Source of the DNA: an uncultured Nitrospirales bacterium
Lineage (GTDB): Bacteria; Hydrogenedentota; Hydrogenedentia; Hydrogenedentales; GCA-2746185
Reading direction: 5' to 3'
Assembly (NCBI GenBank): GCA_964620045.1
Contig: CAZUJL010000015.1
Coordinates: forward strand, 15,203 to 79,202
DNA length: 64,000 bases
Below the pieces are notes generated by a model that saw only the letters and a list, made by a program, of their open reading frames with translations, did not search any database and was not told where the DNA came from. Shown one piece after another: positions 37,786-46,162 of this stretch (position 1 is the stretch's first letter; every line of letters begins with the position of its first letter). A program made the position numbers and the translations under genes.

Positions 37786-38895
37786 ATGGGGGACGTGACA
37801 ACTACGAAAACGCTTAAAAAAGTCCCGATGTCGATGGAAGAATTGTTGCGCGAGGCCATCGTACGTCGGGCGTCGGATATTCACATCAAGACGGACAATC
37901 CGCCCGTCTTTCGCATCGACGGCGAGTTGGTCCGGCTCGACTACGAGACGCTCACCGACGCGGATGTCGAAACGCTGCTCGGTTCGATCGTCAGTCCCAA
38001 GGACATGGCGAAGTTCACGAAGCTGCTTGAACTCGACTCGTCCTACACGCTGGCCGGCGAAGCACGCTTCCGTATCAACGCCTGCCGCGACGACGGCGAC
38101 TCCCGCATCGTGCTGCGTTTGATCCCGATGCAAATCAAGTCGCTGTCTGAACTTGAAGTGCCGACGGTCCTTTCCAAGGTTGTGCACGAAAAAGACGGCC
38201 TGATCCTCGTTACCGGTCCCACCGGTAGCGGTAAATCCACCACGCTCGCCGGCATGATTCGCGAGCTGAACACGACCGAGTCGGTGCACATCGTCACCGT
38301 TGAAGACCCGCTCGAATTCCTACACTCGGACATGAAGGCGATCATCACGCAACGCGAAGTCGGCCGCGACACCTTGAGTTTCGCGAACGCCCTGCGCGGC
38401 GCGCTCCGCCAAGACCCGGATGTGATTCTGATCGGTGAAATGCGCGACGCCGAGACCGTGCGTACGGCTCTGGCGTCCGCCGAAACCGGCCACTTGGTGT
38501 TCTCCACCCTGCACACCGTGGACGCGGTCGAAACGCTGAACCGCGTCATGGACTTCTTCGAACCGCATCACCAGTCGCAGATCCAAAAACAGCTTGCCAG
38601 CGTGCTCCGCTGCGTGGTTTCGCAGCGCATCCTGCCGCGCAAGGGCAAGGAAGGCCGCTGCGTGGCCGCGGAAATATTGCTCGGCACACGCGCCGTCCGC
38701 GACTATATCGAAGAAGGCAAGCCCATCAAGGAAATCGTCGCGCTCATCGAAGAAGGCCACTCCCAGTATGGGATGCAGACCTTCGACCAGGCGCTGTATA
38801 TACTCTGGGAGAAGAAAATGATCTCCGCGGAGACTGCCCTGCAGTATGCCTCCAAGCCGAAAGACCTCAAGCTGCGCCTGCAAGGCATGGGCTGA
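37786..38895 (+). CDS. pilT: PilT/PilU-family twitching ATPase
   Basis: ASDIH, GPTGSGKST, EDPLE, QREVG, ALRQDPDVILIGEMRD, TLHT and GMQTFDQ motifs. Confidence 0.92.
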   Translation: MGDVTTTKTLKKVPMSMEELLREAIVRRASDIHIKTDNPPVFRIDGELVRLDYETLTDADVETLLGSIVSPKDMAKFTKLLELDSSYTLAGEARFRINACRDDGDSRIVLRLIPMQIKSLSELEVPTVLSKVVHEKDGLILVTGPTGSGKSTTLAGMIRELNTTESVHIVTVEDPLEFLHSDMKAIITQREVGRDTLSFANALRGALRQDPDVILIGEMRDAETVRTALASAETGHLVFSTLHTVDAVETLNRVMDFFEPHHQSQIQKQLASVLRCVVSQRILPRKGKEGRCVAAEILLGTRAVRDYIEEGKPIKEIVALIEEGHSQYGMQTFDQALYILWEKKMISAETALQYASKPKDLKLRLQGMG

Positions 38896-38919
38896 TTCGT
38901 CTCGGCCCGGAGCCGCGGC

Positions 38920-39738
38920 ATGAAGCTTGCCCTTGCGTTGTGTCTCGCAGTTTCGGCAGCGGGCGAAAATCTGCTGGCGAATCCGTCCTTCGAACAGCTC
39001 GCGCCGGATGGCACTCCCATAGCTTGGTCGGCCTTTGTCATGCCGCAAGCGGGCGCCTTTGCCGAAGCCGACCCGCTCGCGCGCGACGGCTCTCGCGCCG
39101 CGATGTTGCACGTGCCCAATCTGTACGAACACGAACCGGCCAACAACTGGAGCCAGGTCGTGCTTGCCGATGTCGCCGATCAGGACCTCGTGCTCACGGC
39201 GTCCGTGCGCACGGAGGGCGTTGGCGAAGCGGCTGTATGGTTGCAATGCTTCTCCCGCGATCCGGCCCGCGTCGTTGCCGGTGCCACCACCAGCGCCACG
39301 ACCTTCCTCGCCGGCACCAATGAGTGGACCCCTGTCGAGATTCGCCTGCACGCGCCCATCGAAACGGAGTTCGTGGTGGTCCGCTGCGTGATCAAGGGCC
39401 GCGGCTCGGCGTGGTTTGATGCGATGGACCTTCGCCTTGCCGCGACGGCCACGCCGGATTTGCCCGCATTTGAGCCCGAAGAGCCGGCGGAGGACAACAG
39501 CCCGGAACCCACCGCCCCGCCACAGGACGCCGATTTGCTCGAGTTGAGCCAGATGCTCAACCAGGCCATTCAGGAACTCGAAGCCAATAACCAGCAGATT
39601 CTTGAGCGAGTGCAACGAATTCAGAAAGAATTGGATGCCACCCGCGCCGAAGTATCGCCGGAATCGGCGCCGCTGGAAGGATCCGTGGTGCGGCATCCGC
39701 TGGTGCCCCACGGCTGGACCGAAGGAGAACCGAAATGA
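38920..39738 (+). CDS. Exported protein with carbohydrate-binding jelly-roll (CBM4/9-like) domain and C-terminal coiled coil
   Basis: Signal peptide, NLLANPSFE ... AWFD pattern, acidic linker, heptad region LNQAIQELEANNQQIL. Confidence 0.68.
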   Translation: MKLALALCLAVSAAGENLLANPSFEQLAPDGTPIAWSAFVMPQAGAFAEADPLARDGSRAAMLHVPNLYEHEPANNWSQVVLADVADQDLVLTASVRTEGVGEAAVWLQCFSRDPARVVAGATTSATTFLAGTNEWTPVEIRLHAPIETEFVVVRCVIKGRGSAWFDAMDLRLAATATPDLPAFEPEEPAEDNSPEPTAPPQDADLLELSQMLNQAIQELEANNQQILERVQRIQKELDATRAEVSPESAPLEGSVVRHPLVPHGWTEGEPK

Positions 39739-39914
39739 CGCTGATTCGCATCGTTGCGTTGTCCGTACTGCTCGGCAGCGCCGTCACCGGCGTCGTATGG
39801 TTCCTCTGGGGCGCGATCGAAAACGTCCTGCCGCAGCGAAAGACTGCCGAAGAACCGGCAAAAAAAGATGGCAAGGGTGGCGCCAGAGACGCAGACCCCG
39901 GCAAGGCCGCCTAG
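39735..39914 (+). CDS. Small single-pass membrane protein (59 aa), absent from the ORF track
   Basis: MTLIRIVALSVLLGSAVTGVVWFLWGAIENVLPQRKTAEEPAKKDGKGGARDADPGKAA; ATGA overlap with the upstream stop; GAAGGAG SD at 39721-39727. Confidence 0.72.
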   Translation: MTLIRIVALSVLLGSAVTGVVWFLWGAIENVLPQRKTAEEPAKKDGKGGARDADPGKAA

Positions 39915-39919
39915 TCCGA

Positions 39920-40738
39920 TCAGTCTGGACCGAGCTTTCCGGTCGCCTCTTGCAACGTTTCGATCGTTGTCGGCTCCACGAATCCGCCGAGCCGCTGCAC
40001 TTCACGAACTTCTTCCCACGCGCGCGTGTAATCGCTCCGGCGCGTATATACCTCGACCAATATTTCGTGCACCTTCACGAAGTCGTTGTCGATCGCAAGT
40101 GCCTGTCTCCATGACGCGATCGCGGCTTCCGATTTTTGCTGTTCTTCCTGACAGATTCCCAACTCGAACCAGGCTTGTTTTTCATTGGCTGATTTCGCGA
40201 GCAGGCGCGTGTATGCCGATTCCGCCTCCGGGAACTGTCCGAGGTTTTGGTACAGCACAGCGAGGTGCCGCAGAACGTCCAAATCGTCCGGTGTTTGCCG
40301 CGACAGCTCGGCCAAGTGCGATGTCGCCTGTGGATATCGCTGAGCCGACTCCAACGCCACGATTAGATTGCGCCGCGTGACCACGTCGTTGGGCGCGATG
40401 ACGAGGGCCTTTTCGTACTGCGCGATCGCCGACTCGATATCCCCTTCAACCCGATAGGTTAAGCCAAGATTGGTGTAGGCGTCGGCAAAGTTCGGGTCTA
40501 GTGTTGTCGCCTGACTATAGGCGCTCCGCGCTTCGGCATAGCGCTTGGCGTCGAAATAAGCATTCCCGAGCACATACTGCGCGCGAGCGTCCGACGGCGC
40601 GGCGGCAGCGGCCTTTTCCAATTCCAGAATATGCTCGGCAACTGGGTCTTTGGGTTCCTTGTCGCCGCTCGAGGCACAGCCGACGACGGCGACGGACAGC
40701 AGCAGCGCCAACGCAATGCGAAGAATTCCCCGGAACAC
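39920..40738 (-). CDS. TPR-repeat lipoprotein
   Basis: Lipobox VVGC, repeated TPRs (LDPNFADAYTNLG); start GTG 40738. Confidence 0.85.
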   Translation of the reverse strand: MFRGILRIALALLLSVAVVGCASSGDKEPKDPVAEHILELEKAAAAAPSDARAQYVLGNAYFDAKRYAEARSAYSQATTLDPNFADAYTNLGLTYRVEGDIESAIAQYEKALVIAPNDVVTRRNLIVALESAQRYPQATSHLAELSRQTPDDLDVLRHLAVLYQNLGQFPEAESAYTRLLAKSANEKQAWFELGICQEEQQKSEAAIASWRQALAIDNDFVKVHEILVEVYTRRSDYTRAWEEVREVQRLGGFVEPTTIETLQEATGKLGPD

Positions 40739-40870
40739 GCAGCGTTCCCCCACTTCAGCACCTGCATAGTAGCTGCGCCGATGACCAAAACGGAAGCGAG
40801 ATGCTCGCGCGGACTTCGCCATCCGCGCGGGCATCTCGCCCGCACTAACCCTACCCCTGATTATAAAAAC

Positions 40871-41116
40871 TTAAGACGCGTGACCGTTGGCCGTCTCACC
40901 CACCGGTACTACGTTCGCCGCTTGCAACCCTTTGGGACTCTGGAGCAGATCGTACATCACCATCTGCCCTTCCTTCAGCGTTCTGAATCCATCCATCTGG
41001 ATCGCGGTGTGGTGGACGAAGATGTCCGCCTCCTGCTCCCGAAGGATAAATCCATAGCCTTTCGGATCACTGAACCACTTCACTACGCCTTTTTGACGCG
41101 CATCCTGCTCGCTCAC
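40871..41116 (-). CDS. csp: Cold-shock domain protein
   Basis: GVVKWF..KGYGFI (RNP1), DIFVHHTAI (RNP2), GFRTLKEGQ and GLQAANV motifs. Confidence 0.96.
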   Translation of the reverse strand: MSEQDARQKGVVKWFSDPKGYGFILREQEADIFVHHTAIQMDGFRTLKEGQMVMYDLLQSPKGLQAANVVPVGETANGHAS

Positions 41117-41219
41117 GGCCGCAGCCTCCTCTACATCCGCCTCACCGCCCGCCCACGGTCCGCTGTTTTTCGCCTCAAAGCGAACCGCGAAACTTGTGCT
41201 GAAATACTAGGATGCGTTC

Positions 41220-41284
41220 AGGATAGCCAAGGTAGCGTATTCTGTCAATAGGTTTGAAAACATGAAAATAGCGTATTCTGACAA
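41220..41284 (-). promoter_or_regulatory. csp sigma70 promoter with a 16-bp direct repeat
   Basis: Minus strand TTGACA (41248-41243), 17 nt, TATCCT (41225-41220); repeat TAGCGTATTCTG(T/A)CAA at 41233-41248 and 41269-41284. Confidence 0.7.
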
Positions 41285-41296
41285 GAAAAGAATAGT

Positions 41297-43054
41297 TTAT
41301 TTTTCGGACTTTGGTGTAATGCGGCCATGGCTGCCCTGGAGCGTGATAACTTGGCTGGAATCAAGGGCTTCGGGGTCAAACACCTGAACCGTGGACGGGT
41401 CTTCCCAGTTGCTTTCCACGTTCACCCATCCGTCCTTGGTGTCGCCACTCTTTTCGTTGACCAGATAGGAATGCGCGTAAATCGGACTCGACATGGCGAG
41501 CACTTCGCTGGGCCCATAGCCGTCTTTCTTGGGCGCCATTGTGACCCGGGCGCGATACACCCCAGGGCCGCCGGGTTCATCCGCCACGCTGAACAGGAAC
41601 CGCTTCGCCTCGATGCGTCGCGAGCGAATGGGATATCCGTTGAACAAAATCTCCACATGCGCGCCTTCGGCGTTTTCGACACCTACGCGGAATAGCGACT
41701 TGGTGTTTACGGGCACGATACCGCCCGATCCGGCATCGATGGTGCCGTCGTTGTTCACGTCCGCCATGAACTCAATAAAGGGACCTTCGGTGCCGGAGGT
41801 CACAAACGTGCGGCCACGGCGAATGCCGTCCAGGATCCCGTTCATTGATTTCTCTTTGGCCCATACATACGTCAACGGCGATCCGAGCACTTGCTTGCGG
41901 CCCACGCTGCCGCTGCCCGCAATCATCGCGGCGCGCACCCCGCGCGTTGTTTCAATGTCGTAGTACAGCGTCGCCTGGCCGTTGGCCGAAAGCACGTTCA
42001 TCGCCGCGGCCGCCGCGATCGGATACGCATAGTCGCCGTTCTCGAGCCGTTTGCGCGTCTCTTCGGACAGATCGCCGACGTTCATCGGCTGCGTGGCACG
42101 CCATCCGCCGAACCACACTTCGACAGCGTTGTAGTAATTCAGACCCCATTGCCACTGCTGGCCCGGATGGGCCGGATGCGCCACCGCGACGATGCCGCCC
42201 TGCGCCTGCAAGCGAAGCGCAAGCGCCTGCGCCTCCGCGCGCGCGGCATCGGCCACCGGCAACGATCCCGGCGCCAGCACGAGCGCACTGCCCAACTGCG
42301 GGTGACGCCACTCGACCGCGGGAATGAGCACGAGTTTGTTTGATTTGAAGGCGGGGTCCTGCGCGGCGGCCAGCGTATTCGGGTCCGCGATGGCGAGGAA
42401 GTCCAGACGGGCCGCTTCGGCCCGGCGAATCAGATCCGCGACCCCTTCCGTTCCGGCGCCGTACTTTGATTGCGCGTGCAGTTCGCCGCGATACCACCCG
42501 CCCCGATCATTCAGCACGGGCGAGGGCCAGTCGTAGGCAGTTTCGCCCGGCATGCTGCGCGGATTGGCCGGGTCGCTGCCAAGCTCCACTTCGACACGAT
42601 CGAGCACCAAGTCGAAATCGCCGTCAAATGCGCTCAGTGAGCGATTGCCCGCGCTGCCCTCCAGCACGCTGACGGCGATCGTGGGGGTTTCCGTCGTCGA
42701 AAGTGTTATATTCTGCTGGTGCACCAGAATTGGAACGCCCCCATCGTACGCGTAAACTGAGGCCACATAAGTTCCTATTGGGGCGCTTATCTCTCCGGAG
42801 CCGTTCTGCAGTTCAACACTCACCGCATCGCCCCCGATCGTTGGAACAAGCCGAATGCGCGCGGGAAGGGCTTCCTCAAGGATGTTTTGCACGGTAACGG
42901 CGCATTTTGCAGCCGGTTTTACTTCAGCATTCGAGGTTTGCGCAGTATCCTTGTTTCGCTCTCGCCGTTGTTGCGCCTGTGCCTCAACTCCGCTTAAGGC
43001 ACACAGAAGAATGCACAGCACTCCACTCATTCGACACACACAGCGGATCATCAT
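41297..43054 (-). CDS. Exported PHP-like (CehA/McbA-type) protein with degenerate metal motifs
   Basis: Signal peptide, RGELHAQS, LAIADPN, AHP, AVEVW, GIRRGRTFVTSG...GP and YRARV...MSSPIY; start near 43054. Confidence 0.75.
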   Translation of the reverse strand: MMIRCVCRMSGVLCILLCALSGVEAQAQQRRERNKDTAQTSNAEVKPAAKCAVTVQNILEEALPARIRLVPTIGGDAVSVELQNGSGEISAPIGTYVASVYAYDGGVPILVHQQNITLSTTETPTIAVSVLEGSAGNRSLSAFDGDFDLVLDRVEVELGSDPANPRSMPGETAYDWPSPVLNDRGGWYRGELHAQSKYGAGTEGVADLIRRAEAARLDFLAIADPNTLAAAQDPAFKSNKLVLIPAVEWRHPQLGSALVLAPGSLPVADAARAEAQALALRLQAQGGIVAVAHPAHPGQQWQWGLNYYNAVEVWFGGWRATQPMNVGDLSEETRKRLENGDYAYPIAAAAAMNVLSANGQATLYYDIETTRGVRAAMIAGSGSVGRKQVLGSPLTYVWAKEKSMNGILDGIRRGRTFVTSGTEGPFIEFMADVNNDGTIDAGSGGIVPVNTKSLFRVGVENAEGAHVEILFNGYPIRSRRIEAKRFLFSVADEPGGPGVYRARVTMAPKKDGYGPSEVLAMSSPIYAHSYLVNEKSGDTKDGWVNVESNWEDPSTVQVFDPEALDSSQVITLQGSHGRITPKSEK

Positions 43055-43331
43055 GCTGACCCGGTGTTCATGTGCGTAGGCTCGATTTTGGAGCACGATT
43101 TTCTTCAAAAATCCCCCTATTTCCGCTTGAATGAATCGACAGTAAACTGTAGGATTCATGTGCGCGGAAGAGTCGGCGTAACAAGAGGCGACCCCCTTTT
43201 CACGCGGCCAGTTATGCGAGTTGCACGGCAACTTCCATCCGGCGACATCGCTACGGGTCACTCTGCGCGTATCTTAGCACAGCATAGTGTTGTGCGCAGC
43301 CAATTCGGCTTCATAAACGGGAAGGATCGAC

Positions 43332-43772
43332 ATGCTCGCAAGTATCGACATTCACAGCACCGTTGCCGTTTACATTCAAATTGAGAACCACATTCAGTTT
43401 GCTATTGCATCTGGAAAACTCAAGGCCGGTGATCAGTTGCCGTCTGTGCGAGAACTGTCCGAACGGCTGAGCGTCAATCCCAATACCGTGGCCAAGGCCT
43501 ACCGCGATCTGGAAGTCATGGGCTTGCTGTACACGCGCCGCGGCATGGGCGTGTTCGTGAACAAGGGCATCGAAGCCAAGTGCCGCGAAGACTGCCGTAA
43601 ACGCATCATCATGCGGATGCACGAAGTGGTCGCCGAATCGAAGGCCGCCGGCCTGTCGAAGAAGGACGTCCAGGACATTGTGGACAAAAGCATGGCCACC
43701 GATGCCAGCCCATACGCGGAAACGCCGCCTCCCCTCCTGGCCATGGCGAAGAAGAAAAAAGGCGCCAAGTAA
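43332..43772 (+). CDS. GntR-family regulator (YtrA-like)
   Basis: VYIQI, GDQLPSVREL, VNPNTVAKAYRDLE and RRGMGVFV motifs. Confidence 0.93.
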   Translation: MLASIDIHSTVAVYIQIENHIQFAIASGKLKAGDQLPSVRELSERLSVNPNTVAKAYRDLEVMGLLYTRRGMGVFVNKGIEAKCREDCRKRIIMRMHEVVAESKAAGLSKKDVQDIVDKSMATDASPYAETPPPLLAMAKKKKGAK

Positions 43773-43801
43773 CCGCTCCCCCGCTCCTGTAAATAATTTT
43801 G

Positions 43802-43838
43802 CACCGCACTTCGAACTGCGAAGTGCGGTGATTTCTTT
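43802..43838 (+). terminator. Rho-independent terminator after gntR
   Basis: 12-bp stem CACCGCACTTCG/CGAAGTGCGGTG, 5-nt loop, ATTTCTTT tail. Confidence 0.8.
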
Positions 43839-43943
43839 GGTCTCGCAGCTTCCCGACAACTGCAATCCCTCGCGAAGGCAAAAACTACGACAAAACCAGT
43901 CGAATAGTGCCTATTTTTGTCTAAATTCGCAGAGCGGAAACTA

Positions 43944-43972
43944 TTGACATCACCCCACTTTTGTCGTAAAGT
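43944..43972 (+). promoter_or_regulatory. Sigma70 promoter of the recombinase-domain gene
   Basis: TTGACA, 17 nt, TAAAGT. Confidence 0.75.
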
Positions 43973-44152
43973 ACGAGGAGGAACGAGTGTCTGGCGCAGG
44001 CTTGGGCTGCCTCTTGGGTCGCGCGCCAAACCCGGTTCCGTAATGTGTCGTCGGTTGCGTTTTGGAACGCGCATTAAACTACTTTAGTAGTGCTGCAACA
44101 GATACTGGGCACAGGCGCAATTTCAACAGCGGATGGTCGGACAGGCGGAAAC

Positions 44153-44671
44153 ATGGTGAAACTGGGTGAAGCAACTCGCAAGAAAACCGGAGACGAGGCC
44201 GGTGTGTCGCTGTCTGAACTCGAGATCGGCGATCACGGCGCGAAAGTAAAGCGCGGCCAATTGAGCGCTGTGCAACAGGGACGCTACGGCACAGGCCCGG
44301 CCCCCTACGGCTATCGTCGCGGCCGCGAAGGCGAACGTCCGCTCGAAATCGACGATCGCGAAGCGGAAGTCGTGCGTACCATTTTCCGCGAATACCTCCG
44401 CACGCGGAGCACTGGCAAGGTGGTCCAGTACCTCCACGCCAAGAACATCATGACCCGCAAGAAGAACAAGTGGTCGCGTCAGGCGATCGCGATCATTCTT
44501 TCCAACCGCACGTACCGCGCGCGCGTGACCTACGGTGAAGTCGAAACCCAGGGCCTGCACGACGCGATCATCGATCCGGCCCTCTTCTACAAGGCCAACG
44601 CCATCCGCGAACGCAAGCAGCGGGGCACGCGCAAGCCGCGCCGCGCCGCCGAGAACGGCAAGAAGAAATAG
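44153..44671 (+). CDS. Stand-alone large-serine-recombinase DNA-binding (Recombinase) domain lacking the catalytic domain
   Basis: ELE..D...VKRG...QGRY..GPAPYGY, EAEVVRTIF, WSRQAIAIILSN..Y and HDAIIDPALF; no YxRxS resolvase motif; in-frame TAA at 44075. Confidence 0.85.
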   Translation: MVKLGEATRKKTGDEAGVSLSELEIGDHGAKVKRGQLSAVQQGRYGTGPAPYGYRRGREGERPLEIDDREAEVVRTIFREYLRTRSTGKVVQYLHAKNIMTRKKNKWSRQAIAIILSNRTYRARVTYGEVETQGLHDAIIDPALFYKANAIRERKQRGTRKPRRAAENGKKK

Positions 44672-44690
44672 GACTCATTTCGCTTTTCCT

Positions 44691-44730
44691 CCGCCGGTAT
44701 CTTTGATAAGGTGCCGGCGGTTTCATTTTT
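44691..44730 (+). terminator. Rho-independent terminator after the recombinase-domain gene
   Basis: 13-bp stem CCGCCGGTATCTT/AAGGTGCCGGCGG (with G-U), TTTCATTTTT tail. Confidence 0.75.
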
Positions 44731-44749
44731 CGCCGCAGAGGATTCATCC

Positions 44750-45676
44750 GTGACTTCGAATTTCCGCATCGCGCTCATCGGCCAGGCGGCCTTTGGCGAA
44801 GCTGTATTGAACGCGCTCGTGAAGAATGGCGAGACCATCGCCGGTGTATTTTGTCCGCCCGACAAGGAAGGCAAGCCCAGCGACGCGCTCAAGATCGCGG
44901 CCGACAAGCACGGCCTGCCGTCGTTCCAGTTCCGCCGCATGCGCTCGCCGGAGGCGATTGCGGCTTTCCGCGCGCTGAACGCCGACCTCGGCGTGATGGC
45001 CTTCGTGACGGACATCGTCCCCGCGGAAATCCTGAATGCGCCGCGCCTCGGCACGATCCAGTACCACCCCTCCCTGCTGCCGCTCCACCGCGGGCCGAGC
45101 AGCATCAACTGGCCAATCATCCAGGGCCGCACGACAACCGGCCTCAGCATCTTCTGGCCCGACGCCGGTCTCGACACGGGCCCGATCCTCATGCAAAAAG
45201 AAACGCCAATTAGCGCCGACGACACCCTCGGCACGGTGTACTTCGATCGGCTCTTCCCGATGGGCGTGGAGGCCATGGCCGAGTCCGTGGCGCTGGTGAA
45301 GGCCGGCCGCGCGCCCAAGACCGCGCAGGACGAGTCCCAGGCCACCTACGAGGGCTGGTGCAAGGCGGAGAACTCCATCGTCGATTGGGCGCAGCCCGCA
45401 GCCACCGTACACAACCTCATCCGCGGCGCCGATCCCAGTCCCGGGGCGGGCACCACGTTCAAGGGCGCCCCGATCCAGCTTTTCGGCTCCAAACGCGATT
45501 CTGGCGGCCCAGCGGCCCCCGGCGAGGTCATTGGCGTGGGCCCCGACGGCCTGCGCGTGTCCGCCAAGGACGGCGTCGTCCGCATTGCGAAGGTGAAAGG
45601 CGGCGCGGGCAAGCTGGCCGCAGCCGATTGGGCAGCACAGGCCGGTCTCAAGCCCGGCGATCGCCTCGGCAGCTAG
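44750..45676 (+). CDS. Formyltransferase-family protein resembling the 10-formyl-THF dehydrogenase N-terminal domain
   Basis: IALIGQAAFG, QYHPSLLPLHRG.SSINW, SIFWPDAGLDTG, LFPMGV and ATYEG motifs; GTG 44750. Confidence 0.85.
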   Translation: MTSNFRIALIGQAAFGEAVLNALVKNGETIAGVFCPPDKEGKPSDALKIAADKHGLPSFQFRRMRSPEAIAAFRALNADLGVMAFVTDIVPAEILNAPRLGTIQYHPSLLPLHRGPSSINWPIIQGRTTTGLSIFWPDAGLDTGPILMQKETPISADDTLGTVYFDRLFPMGVEAMAESVALVKAGRAPKTAQDESQATYEGWCKAENSIVDWAQPAATVHNLIRGADPSPGAGTTFKGAPIQLFGSKRDSGGPAAPGEVIGVGPDGLRVSAKDGVVRIAKVKGGAGKLAAADWAAQAGLKPGDRLGS

Positions 45677-45679
45677 TTT

Positions 45680-46159
45680 CTAACCGTCCAGCCGTTCCGG
45701 CTCGTACACGGAAGGCTTCGGTGTCGGCGGCACATCTTCTTCCTTGGGGTACGACGGCGCAGGTGCCGACGTCGTGCCATAGGGCACCGTGGCATCCGGC
45801 GCGGCGGTCTCCGCCGGCGTTTCAGATGGCGTGGACGTCTGGTAGTTCCCGGGAATCGGCGCGCCGAGATCCACTTCGCTCGGATGCGGCTCGGGGTTCG
45901 GCGGAGTCTTGTCGTCCTCGTCTTCCTTCATCAACTTATCGAGATATTTTTCCGGGCTGATCCGGCGCAGATCGTTGAGCTCTTTCGTCAGCGGCACGAG
46001 GTCTTTCGCGATTTCGTTCTGCACTTCGTTGGCGTAGGACCGAACGTCACGAACAAAACGCGCGGCCATTTTCGCGAACTTCGGAAACTGTTCGGGGCCC
46101 AACACCAGCAACCCAATCGCCGCGAGGACCAGGGCTTCAAAAAATCCGATACCAAACAT
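45680..46159 (-). CDS. tatB: Twin-arginine translocase TatB
   Basis: MFGIGFFE...LLVLGPEQFP, amphipathic helix, Pro-rich tail. Confidence 0.88.
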   Translation of the reverse strand: MFGIGFFEALVLAAIGLLVLGPEQFPKFAKMAARFVRDVRSYANEVQNEIAKDLVPLTKELNDLRRISPEKYLDKLMKEDEDDKTPPNPEPHPSEVDLGAPIPGNYQTSTPSETPAETAAPDATVPYGTTSAPAPSYPKEEDVPPTPKPSVYEPERLDG

Positions 46160-46162
46160 TGC

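Noticed and set aside
43772-45700. Prophage or integrative element around the recombinase domain
   Set aside because: No catalytic domain, att-like repeats, tRNA, phage or conjugation genes, and no obvious GC shift
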